Shown here: one piece after another, positions 57,320 through 64,000 of the stretch
How the letters are laid out: every line of letters begins with the position of its first letter
How positions within the stretch are numbered: position 1 is the first letter of the stretch
NCBI GenBank assembly: GCA_964428845.1
Contig: CAYRZH010000001.1
Location: forward strand, 74,990 to 138,989
DNA: 64,000 nt
Direction: 5' to 3'
DNA from: an uncultured Candidatus Saccharibacteria bacterium
Lineage (GTDB): Bacteria > Patescibacteriota > Minisyncoccia > Phycocordibacterales > DATGWK01
Made by a program: the position numbers and the translations under genes
Notes under the pieces: generated by a model
The model's input: the letters and a program-made list of their open reading frames with translations, nothing else
What the model was told of the DNA's origin: nothing
Database searches by the model: none

Positions 57320-58327
57320 TTGAGTATGGTCCAGTCTAAACCTTTGAAAAAGAGTTCCTTCTGGTTATTTAAGATAAGTTTTTTGCTTTTTTTTCTTACT
57401 TTTTCGGCACAAGTAGGGGCTCAAACATTTGGTGAGACACTCGATCTTACTGTCTCTCCCAAGAATCCTACGCCTTTCGGTCATGTATATATGAGTGTAA
57501 AAAGCGTCGTTCAGGATTTGAATACAAAAGAAGTAACTTGGTATTTAAATGGAAAGGTGGCACGGCGTGGAATAGGGGAGAAGAGCTTTGAGTTTGACTT
57601 AGGGGGTCTCGGCAGTGTCTCCTCTGTCGGCGTAAGCGCTGGCGGTCTTTCAAAAAATATTGATATAAGACCGACAGATGTTGATTTGGTTTGGGAATCT
57701 GACGGATTTACTCCACCCTTCTACAAAGGCAAAGGCTTGCGCGCCTTTCAGGGGAATTTGAGAGTTATTGCAATTCCACACTTCATTACACCCCAAGGCA
57801 CAACATTAAATCCAAAAGATCTTATTTATTCTTGGTACAACGGTAACATTTTAAATGCTAGTGCCTCTGGTTATGGAAAAAATTCTCTAACATACGCCGG
57901 TTCAGTAATATCACGGCCCCTGAATATTGAAGTCCGAGTTTCTTCAAGAGACGGTTCCTATCAGGGAGGTAAAGAAATCATCGTCGAAGAAACTACCCCG
58001 GCCCTGCTCATCTACGAAGACCACCCTCTCTACGGCGTACTTTATAACAACGCACTTGGCGGAAAAGAATTTAGCCTAAAAGACAGAGAAGTGAAGATAA
58101 CGGCCGTTCCTTACTTCTTTTCGACAAAAAATAAGGGTGACGCAAAGTTAAAATATTCTTGGAGTATAAATGGTTCACTGCGCGAGGGGTCCAACTTTAA
58201 AGACTCTGTCATATTCAGACAAGAGGGCAATGTGGCCGGCCTCTCAAGTGTTTCACTTTTGGTGGAAAATAAACAAGAGTTCTTGCAGGCTTCTCGGGCG
58301 GCGTTTGGAATAAGATTTGAAAAATAA
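57320..58327 (+). CDS. Secreted hypothetical protein
   Basis: 335 aa with a signal peptide (…FSAQVGAQT). Confidence 0.4.
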   Translation: MSMVQSKPLKKSSFWLFKISFLLFFLTFSAQVGAQTFGETLDLTVSPKNPTPFGHVYMSVKSVVQDLNTKEVTWYLNGKVARRGIGEKSFEFDLGGLGSVSSVGVSAGGLSKNIDIRPTDVDLVWESDGFTPPFYKGKGLRAFQGNLRVIAIPHFITPQGTTLNPKDLIYSWYNGNILNASASGYGKNSLTYAGSVISRPLNIEVRVSSRDGSYQGGKEIIVEETTPALLIYEDHPLYGVLYNNALGGKEFSLKDREVKITAVPYFFSTKNKGDAKLKYSWSINGSLREGSNFKDSVIFRQEGNVAGLSSVSLLVENKQEFLQASRAAFGIRFEK

Positions 58328-59051
58328 AATGCAAATTAAACTTTTAAAACGATCGAGTAGAAAAAGTTTTGCAATCCTCTCCATTTTCTGTCTGGTATTG
58401 CTTTTTGGACTATCGATATCGAATACACTCTACGTTGAGGCGCAGCCAGACCCATCACCTTTCGGGGAATACGAGCCTCTAGAACCACTTTCAAACACAT
58501 TGACCAACCAGAGTGTATCTACCAATCTTGCGCAGTACGCGAGAGGTCTCTTCGGCCTTTTAATAGGGGTGGCGGCGGGACTCGCAGTGATAATGATCAT
58601 TATTGGAGGTATCCAATACATGTCGACCGATGCAATAAGCGGGAAGTCCGAAGGGAAAGAAAAAATAAGGCAGGCGCTTTACGGTCTTCTTCTGGCGATG
58701 GCTTCCTGGCTCATACTCTTCACGATAAATCCAGAACTTTTGGACTTCGGTCTTTTGAATAGTATCCCGCAGACACCGGTGGTAACGCCAACAAACACAG
58801 GATCGACAACCCCACCGTCAGTGGCGCAATTTGTAAATACTCCAAACTGGCCAGGGTGGTACGTTCGACAGAAATATCAGTGTGAATATCCTCCAGACAA
58901 CAGCGGTCCGCATTTTGTTTACTACGGTCCCCTTGAAGAAGAGAGATGCAGATATCTCCTTTCGGCGTCTTTCCAGGAATATAATTGTTATCATAACCCC
59001 TCCATAAATATGATCATATTATCGGAGGAATGTGTTCCGTTTGATCCGTAA
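58317..59051 (+). CDS. VirB2/TrbC-like pilin candidate
   Basis: Signal peptide, then two hydrophobic helices (GLFGLLIGVAAGLAVIMIIIGGIQYM; LYGLLLAMASWLILFTI) separated by a short charged loop. This topology is typical of T4SS pilins. Confidence 0.4.
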   Translation: MKNKMQIKLLKRSSRKSFAILSIFCLVLLFGLSISNTLYVEAQPDPSPFGEYEPLEPLSNTLTNQSVSTNLAQYARGLFGLLIGVAAGLAVIMIIIGGIQYMSTDAISGKSEGKEKIRQALYGLLLAMASWLILFTINPELLDFGLLNSIPQTPVVTPTNTGSTTPPSVAQFVNTPNWPGWYVRQKYQCEYPPDNSGPHFVYYGPLEEERCRYLLSASFQEYNCYHNPSINMIILSEECVPFDP

Positions 59052-59074
59052 CCTCATTTGAAAAAATTGGCCTC

Positions 59075-60367
59075 ATGAAAAAAATCCTCACAATAATCAT
59101 AATAATCCTCATCATCGTCGCAGTAGGCTTTGGCGCATACTGGTTTTTCGACAAGCAGGAAACGGGTGGGGAGGGGAGTTTCAATATTAGCGACTACTTT
59201 CCTTTCGGCCGAGGGCCAGAGTCTCCTGTGCCTGAACCAACTGGGGGCAACAACACTCCAAACACCGGTGGGGTCCCGGAACCAGGCAGTGGCACTAGCG
59301 AGGTAACACTCACCCCACGTATCTGGCAGATTTCAGAAAATCCACAGTCTGGTGCGGTTATATTCCAAACAAAAGACGCCAGTGGCACCAGCACAGCCGT
59401 TCGATATCTAGACCGAGCCACGGGTAATGTATTCGAGAGTAAACTTTCAGTCCTCGGCCGAAAAAGAGTTTCCCTTACAACAATCCCGAAGGTTCACGAG
59501 GCTTTGTGGTTGCCTGGAGGTGGGTCGCTGATCTTGAGATACCTGCCTGATGATAGTAGTGATATAAAAAATCTTTACGCAAAAATAATTCCGCAAACCG
59601 CTACAACTTCCGAGATCGGAGGGGAAGAACTGCAAGAACTTCAGGGAACTTTTCTTCCTGGAGGCTTGAGTGGCATTGCGATCGAGGCAGGGAACACCGG
59701 AAATGAGAGAATCTTTTATCTGGGAGAAAGTCAGACGGGGGGAATGTCGGGTTTTATCTCAAATCCGGATGGAAGCAAGATTTCTGTTGTGTTTGATTCT
59801 CCAGTTCGTGGGTGGCTATCTTCATGGCCCAAAAAAGAGATAGTGGCCTTAAACACCAAGCCGAGCGCTGGAGTCCCTGGCTACTTATATTTTGTCGACA
59901 CCAAGTCGGGATCTTTCAAAAAAATCTTGGGTGGAATAAAAGGCCTAACCACCCTTACAAAACCCGACGGGAAACAAGTTTTGTATGCTGAAAGCAAATC
60001 TAGCGGTATCTCTTTGGGAATCATTTCAACAAATTCAACCCAAAACTTCGCCCTTCCACAGAAGACACTGCCAGAAAAATGCGTGTGGAGTACTCTTAAA
60101 GAATCCGTAATCTATTGCGCTGTTCCAAAATTTCTACTAGACGCCCAATACCCAGACGCGTGGTACCAAGGGGCTCTATCTTTCAATGACTCAATATGGA
60201 GAATAAATGCGTCGACAAGTGAATCAGAGATGATTGTTGATCCAAGGGTGGCGATGGACAGAGAGGTTGATGCTGTAAATCTTGCTCTCGACAAGGATGA
60301 GAAGTTTTTGATCTTCACAAACAAGAAAGATTACCAGTTGTGGGGGGTTAGATTGTTGGAACAGTAA
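59075..60367 (+). CDS. Membrane-anchored extracellular protein (hypothetical)
   Basis: 430 aa with an N-terminal transmembrane helix (ILTIIIIILIIVAVGFGAYWFF). Confidence 0.4.
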   Translation: MKKILTIIIIILIIVAVGFGAYWFFDKQETGGEGSFNISDYFPFGRGPESPVPEPTGGNNTPNTGGVPEPGSGTSEVTLTPRIWQISENPQSGAVIFQTKDASGTSTAVRYLDRATGNVFESKLSVLGRKRVSLTTIPKVHEALWLPGGGSLILRYLPDDSSDIKNLYAKIIPQTATTSEIGGEELQELQGTFLPGGLSGIAIEAGNTGNERIFYLGESQTGGMSGFISNPDGSKISVVFDSPVRGWLSSWPKKEIVALNTKPSAGVPGYLYFVDTKSGSFKKILGGIKGLTTLTKPDGKQVLYAESKSSGISLGIISTNSTQNFALPQKTLPEKCVWSTLKESVIYCAVPKFLLDAQYPDAWYQGALSFNDSIWRINASTSESEMIVDPRVAMDREVDAVNLALDKDEKFLIFTNKKDYQLWGVRLLEQ

Positions 60368-60399
60368 AAGAATGGGGGAGTTCGAGTGGGCACCGAAGT

Positions 60400-60510
60400 G
60401 AGGTGCACAATATCATCTTCGGGATACGCATAATTTTCTACTGAAAATTTGCTCCCTCTCGGCCGCCTACGCGGCCTCCGAGAGCCCCCTCCGACGATAT
60501 TGTGCACCTC
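60400..60510. repeat. Nested hairpin element between convergent genes: a 15-bp perfect inverted repeat gaggtgcacaatatc / gatattgtgcacctc enclosing the inner hairpin ctctcggccgc-ctac-gcggcctccgagag
   Basis: Arms at 60400-60414 and 60496-60510 are exact reverse complements. The inner motif at 60456-60484 recurs with covariation at 34053-34075. Confidence 0.6.
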
Positions 60511-60573
60511 TCTTAAGTTTTGCGAGATTCCGTCTCGGTGTCTACTCGGGTTCCCCCAACATTCCCTCGACAT

Positions 60574-61320
60574 TCAACCAATTTTAGACTTCACCGTCCT
60601 TCTGATGACAAGCTCTTGCCCGATTGTAAAGATATTACTCGTGATCCAATAGATAGCGATCGCTCCAGAAATACTCCAAGAGATAAAGAAGGCTAGAACT
60701 GGAAAGACGTAGCGCATCTGGATATTCATACTTCTAGCAAGATCTTCTTTGAATGTGTTTGCTTTTGGTGTCACGCCTGGCCCTGTGGCGGTCTTTGGCT
60801 TCGGTGGCATCGACAGACGGATCTGGACGTATGTCGAAACCCCAGCGATAAGCGCTAGAATCAAGCTTTTTCCGGAAATATCTACTAGATCAAGAAATTT
60901 GATGTTTATGTGGGCCGGGATTGAAACAAAAGAGTAGAGTAGCTCTGTGTTTATGGATGGGAGACCAGAGGACAAAAAAACCTTATAGAGAGCAAAGATG
61001 ACCGGCAGCTGGATGAGGATAAGGAGAATGCTAGAGAACGGGTTTATCCCTTGTTCTTTGTAAAGCTTCATCGTCTGGCGAGCCTGCTCCTGTTTATCCT
61101 CTTTGTATTTTTCCCTTATGGAGGCAAGCTCTGGCTCAACCTTCTTCATTCTAAGTTGTGTCGTTATGGCCTTTTTCGAGAGAGGGAAGAGAATGAGTTT
61201 GACGATAATGGTTAGAATAACTATTGCCACACCAGCATCGATCCACGAACTAATGTCCATCAAAAAAATCAACCCGTTATAGAGGGGTTGGTAGATGAGG
61301 GTATTATAAAGATAAGACAT
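60574..61320 (-). CDS. yidC: Membrane protein insertase YidC (short form)
   Basis: 248 aa with about 5 transmembrane helices in the YidC/Oxa1 family. It lies in the conserved rnpA-yidC context. Confidence 0.85.
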   Translation of the reverse strand: MSYLYNTLIYQPLYNGLIFLMDISSWIDAGVAIVILTIIVKLILFPLSKKAITTQLRMKKVEPELASIREKYKEDKQEQARQTMKLYKEQGINPFSSILLILIQLPVIFALYKVFLSSGLPSINTELLYSFVSIPAHINIKFLDLVDISGKSLILALIAGVSTYVQIRLSMPPKPKTATGPGVTPKANTFKEDLARSMNIQMRYVFPVLAFFISWSISGAIAIYWITSNIFTIGQELVIRRTVKSKIG

Positions 61321-61351
61321 CAGGTTATTCTACGCCGCTCCGGCCCTTTTT

Positions 61352-61693
61352 TCAATCGATAAGATTATTTTTAGCCAACAGCAACCCAATAGCGTCTGAA
61401 AGCTCCACGAATGAAAGATTTTGAATTCCTTTTTTCACAAACAAAGCAATCGTGTATTGGCTTTTGATTTTCGGACCCAGGTTTCGGATGGCATGATAAC
61501 ACCTACGCTTGATCTTGTTGCGTAATACTGCCGTGTTGGCAACTTTTTTTGAAACCACAACAGAAAAAGTCGATGAGATTCTTTTTTCTGACTTTAAATA
61601 ACGAATGGAAAAATGCGGTGACGATCCATACGCCCCGTGAGCCAACAGCTCTTTGAACGCGAGCTTTGTAATTCGCTTCGAGCGCTGCAACAT
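61352..61693 (-). CDS. rnpA: Ribonuclease P protein component
   Basis: 113 aa; …KRITKLAFKELLAHGAYGSSPHFSIRYLK…VSKKVANTAVLRNKIKRR… matches the RnpA RNR motif region. Confidence 0.8.
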   Translation of the reverse strand: MLQRSKRITKLAFKELLAHGAYGSSPHFSIRYLKSEKRISSTFSVVVSKKVANTAVLRNKIKRRCYHAIRNLGPKIKSQYTIALFVKKGIQNLSFVELSDAIGLLLAKNNLID

Positions 61694-61706
61694 TTTTCGT
61701 AAAAAC

Positions 61707-61841
61707 CTATACTACTAGCCTTTTTCTGCCCTTACTTCGCCTTCTTTTGACGGTCCTTCTTCCGCCCGGGGTTCTTTTCCTCAAGAGAAAGCCGTGGGAT
61801 CGAGCTCTTTTTCGTTTCTTGGGTTGGTATGTTTGAGACAT
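61707..61841 (-). CDS. rpmH: 50S ribosomal protein L34 (not in the ORF track because it is under 60 aa)
   Basis: Reverse-complement translation gives [44 protein letters not shown] (44 aa), a canonical L34. ATG at complement of 61839-61841. Confidence 0.8.
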   Translation of the reverse strand: MSQTYQPKKRKRARSHGFLLRKRTPGGRRTVKRRRSKGRKRLVV

Positions 61842-61997
61842 ATAGGGTAACTGTACATTAGGGGGGGAATGATTTCAAGTTTTTTCTCCTTTTTGGCTCT
61901 TCACATCTTGTTAACATTTTATGAACATGCCCCCGATCTAAGTTCAAGTATCGCGTGGGTTGAATGAGTATATAATGTTTCAAACCGCAGAACTTCT

Positions 61998-63377
61998 ATG
62001 GATAACAATAAAATCTGGGATAGCGTATTGGTAGAAATAGAACTTACCGTCTCCAAACCAAACTTCAATACTTGGTTTAAAGATACCCACATCTCAAAAC
62101 AAGAGAATGGGGTAGTTTTTGTAAGTGTCCCCAACAATTTTGTCCGCGAATGGCTCATAAAAAAGTACCACTCTTTTATTTTGAGATCTTTGCGAAACCT
62201 TTCTCCGACAGTCCGCTCACTTGAGTATGTAGTAAGCAAAGACGAACCGCGAAAAAAGGCCTCTGTTGAGCCAAACAATAGCGGTCGCCCCACCCTAGAT
62301 GCCCCTTCAGGTGAACTGCCTCTAAACGATTTTTATATAAACAAAGAAGACAACCTAAACCCCCGATATACCTTCGAATCTTTCATAGTTGGGCCCTTCA
62401 ACGAGCTTGCTTACGCAGCTTCCCAGGCGATTATAAAAAAGCCCGGCATAGTATATAACCCTCTTTTTGTTTACGGGAACACTGGGCACGGCAAGACCCA
62501 CCTTATCCAAGCCGTAGGCAACCACATGAAACACACCTTTCCAGAACTCCGAATACACTACGTAACTTCAGAAAAATTTGCCACGGATTACATAAACTCT
62601 ATTCATAACGCCCACGGCGACCCCAACAAAGTCAATAATTTTAAAGAGAAGTATAGGAAATATGACATTTTGATCATGGACGACATTCAGTTTTTGTCTA
62701 AAACAGAAAAAACCCAAGAAGAACTGTTCCATTTGTTCAACAGCCTATACGACAACAACAAACAAATCATTTTCTCGTCAGACAAGCACCCAAACTACAT
62801 CCCCAACCTAGAAGACAGGCTCCGCTCCAGGTTTGGCGCTGGTATGATCGTGGACATTCCTGCCCCAGACCATGAGTCTAGAATCGCTATACTGAAGGCC
62901 AAATTGAGCTCTGGGGTGGTTAGTTTGAGTGATGAGGTGATCGATTTTCTAGCCTCCACCATTTCCACAAATATTCGAGAACTTGAGGGAGTTTTGAACT
63001 CCGTGCTCTGTCAATTACAGCTCAAGGGAAGGGAGTTGACCCTTCAGGAGGTTAAAAATCTTATAAAAAACAACGCTCGCCCGGCCAAAAAGACCTTGTC
63101 TGCAAAGGAGGTTATAAAAATCGTGGCAGACTTCTTCAATATTGAGGAAGAAAGTATTTACGAGAAGACAAGGAAGAAAGAAATTATAAAACCAAGACAA
63201 ATAACCATGTATATTCTCCGAGAGGACTTCAATATCTCTTACCCTTCCATTGGTGAGAAGATTGGGGGAAGGGATCACACGACAGTTATCCATTCTTGCG
63301 AAAAAATAAAGAGGGATTTGAAGATTGATGCTGGGTTGGTTCAAGAACTTAACCAGATCAGGGCAATGATTGTGTAA
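61998..63377 (+). CDS. dnaA: Chromosomal replication initiator protein DnaA
   Basis: 459 aa; YNPLFVYGNTGHGKTHLIQAVGN (AAA+ Walker A) and a C-terminal DnaA-box-binding HTH. Confidence 0.95.
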   Translation: MDNNKIWDSVLVEIELTVSKPNFNTWFKDTHISKQENGVVFVSVPNNFVREWLIKKYHSFILRSLRNLSPTVRSLEYVVSKDEPRKKASVEPNNSGRPTLDAPSGELPLNDFYINKEDNLNPRYTFESFIVGPFNELAYAASQAIIKKPGIVYNPLFVYGNTGHGKTHLIQAVGNHMKHTFPELRIHYVTSEKFATDYINSIHNAHGDPNKVNNFKEKYRKYDILIMDDIQFLSKTEKTQEELFHLFNSLYDNNKQIIFSSDKHPNYIPNLEDRLRSRFGAGMIVDIPAPDHESRIAILKAKLSSGVVSLSDEVIDFLASTISTNIRELEGVLNSVLCQLQLKGRELTLQEVKNLIKNNARPAKKTLSAKEVIKIVADFFNIEEESIYEKTRKKEIIKPRQITMYILREDFNISYPSIGEKIGGRDHTTVIHSCEKIKRDLKIDAGLVQELNQIRAMIV

Positions 63378-63634
63378 ATTTATCATTGTTGATATGGTGT
63401 GGGTGTGAATGTAGAAGTTTTCTGAAATGTTTGTGGAAAACCACCGGACAAATCCCAAAAATAGAAACTGGATTTGAAATAACGAACAATTCGCCAAACA
63501 AAATCCACAAAAGAAACAAAAAAGTTTTGCCAAAAAAGCCCCAGAATTAAACAAAAAAATGACTTATCAAGATATTAACAGGCCTAATAGTAGTAATGAA
63601 TTTTATATAGAGTAATTGTACAAAACCTACCAAC
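63378..63634. promoter_or_regulatory. Candidate oriC segment (dnaA-dnaN intergenic) with degenerate DnaA boxes
   Basis: AT-rich sequence. tgtggaaaa (63432-63440) differs from TGTGGATAA at one position. aatccacaa (63502-63510) contains the ATCCACA core. No perfect 9-mers are present. Confidence 0.35.
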
Positions 63635-64000
63635 ATGAAGATAGAATGTATAAAAGAAAAACTAACAAAAGCTGTTTCTAGGGCAGAGAGGGTTGCTGGG
63701 AAGAATCAAACACTACCAGTTCTTGGTTGTATTCTTTTTGAAGCTACCAAGGGTGGGGTAACTATAAAAGCCACAAACCTTGATTTGGGAATAGAAATAA
63801 ATGTTCCGGCGAAGGTTGTCAGGGAGGGGAAGGTTGCTGTGCCAAGCACCACCCTAAACACCTTCCTGTCTACTATTCAGAACGATAAGAATATCACCAT
63901 TGAAGTTGTCGAAAATAACACAATAAAGGTTTTGGCTCCAAAAACATCTACAACAATAAAAACTCTTCCACATGAGGACTTTCCTAGTATTCCGAGGGTT
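63635..64000 (+). CDS. dnaN: DNA polymerase III beta subunit (sliding clamp), N-terminal part (continues right of the window)
   Basis: MKIECIKEKLTKAVSRAERVAGKNQTLPVLGCILFEATKGGVTIKATNLDLGIEINVPA…. Confidence 0.85.
   Translation, partial: MKIECIKEKLTKAVSRAERVAGKNQTLPVLGCILFEATKGGVTIKATNLDLGIEINVPAKVVREGKVAVPSTTLNTFLSTIQNDKNITIEVVENNTIKVLAPKTSTTIKTLPHEDFPSIPRV

Noticed and set aside
61842-61997. oriC in the rpmH-dnaA spacer
   Set aside because: I found no DnaA-box-like 9-mers there. The dnaA-dnaN spacer at least contains degenerate boxes, so the candidate was placed there, with low confidence.
1-64000. CRISPR arrays and rRNA genes anywhere in the window
   Set aside because: No run of regularly spaced direct repeats and no rRNA-like conserved blocks were seen. 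GC-rich non-coding segments are accounted for by tRNAs and the repeats or candidate ncRNAs listed above.

Overview
This 64-kb window looks like an AT-rich (about 38-40% GC), gene-dense chromosome segment from a small-genome bacterium, with standard stop codons. The content resembles Patescibacteria/CPR: a type IV pilus operon, a trigger factor without a PPIase domain, RNase Y, NusA followed directly by ppa, and a Gram-positive-style type IV secretion (T4SS)-like cluster. The right end carries the classic origin region yidC-rnpA-rpmH | dnaA-dnaN.

Housekeeping genes I recognise are pgk, tpiA, nusA, ppa, clpP, rsmE, rsmA, rny, hup, rpsO, xth, a CCA-adding enzyme, xerC/D, uvrD/pcrA, comM/yifB, dksA/traR, an M23/LysM peptidase and yraN. 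There are four tRNAs, all on the minus strand: Gly-TCC, Pro-TGG, Gly-GCC and Arg-TCG.

The standout feature is a complete diversity-generating retroelement (DGR) at about 1.35-4.29 kb. It comprises a GC-rich target gene with a C-terminal variable repeat (VR), a 115-bp template repeat (TR), a divergent avd-like gene and a DGR-type reverse transcriptase. VR differs from TR at 22 positions, every one a TR adenine, with no non-adenine mismatch. The reverse transcriptase reading frame is broken at a (GA)8 microsatellite, which could be a phase-variation switch or a pseudogenising event.

Other notable content:
- A long minus-strand type IV pilus operon (pilB, pilC, three large pseudopilins, tandem glycine-rich paralogs) that continues through a 175-bp nested palindrome between tpiA and pgk.
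- A roughly 14-kb T4SS-like, secreted-protein-rich cluster next to the origin (VirB6-, VirB4- and VirB2-like), with no VirD4 in the window.
- Two solitary PemK/MazF-like paralogs with no recognisable antitoxin.
- Several GC-rich, ORF-free structured regions: a repeat family at 24.39 kb and 38.5 kb, and a hairpin motif showing compensatory covariation at 34.05 kb and 60.46 kb.
- Islets next to tRNA genes carrying a LAGLIDADG-like endonuclease, an RNHCP protein and a GC-rich hypothetical protein.

No CRISPR array or rRNA gene was found.
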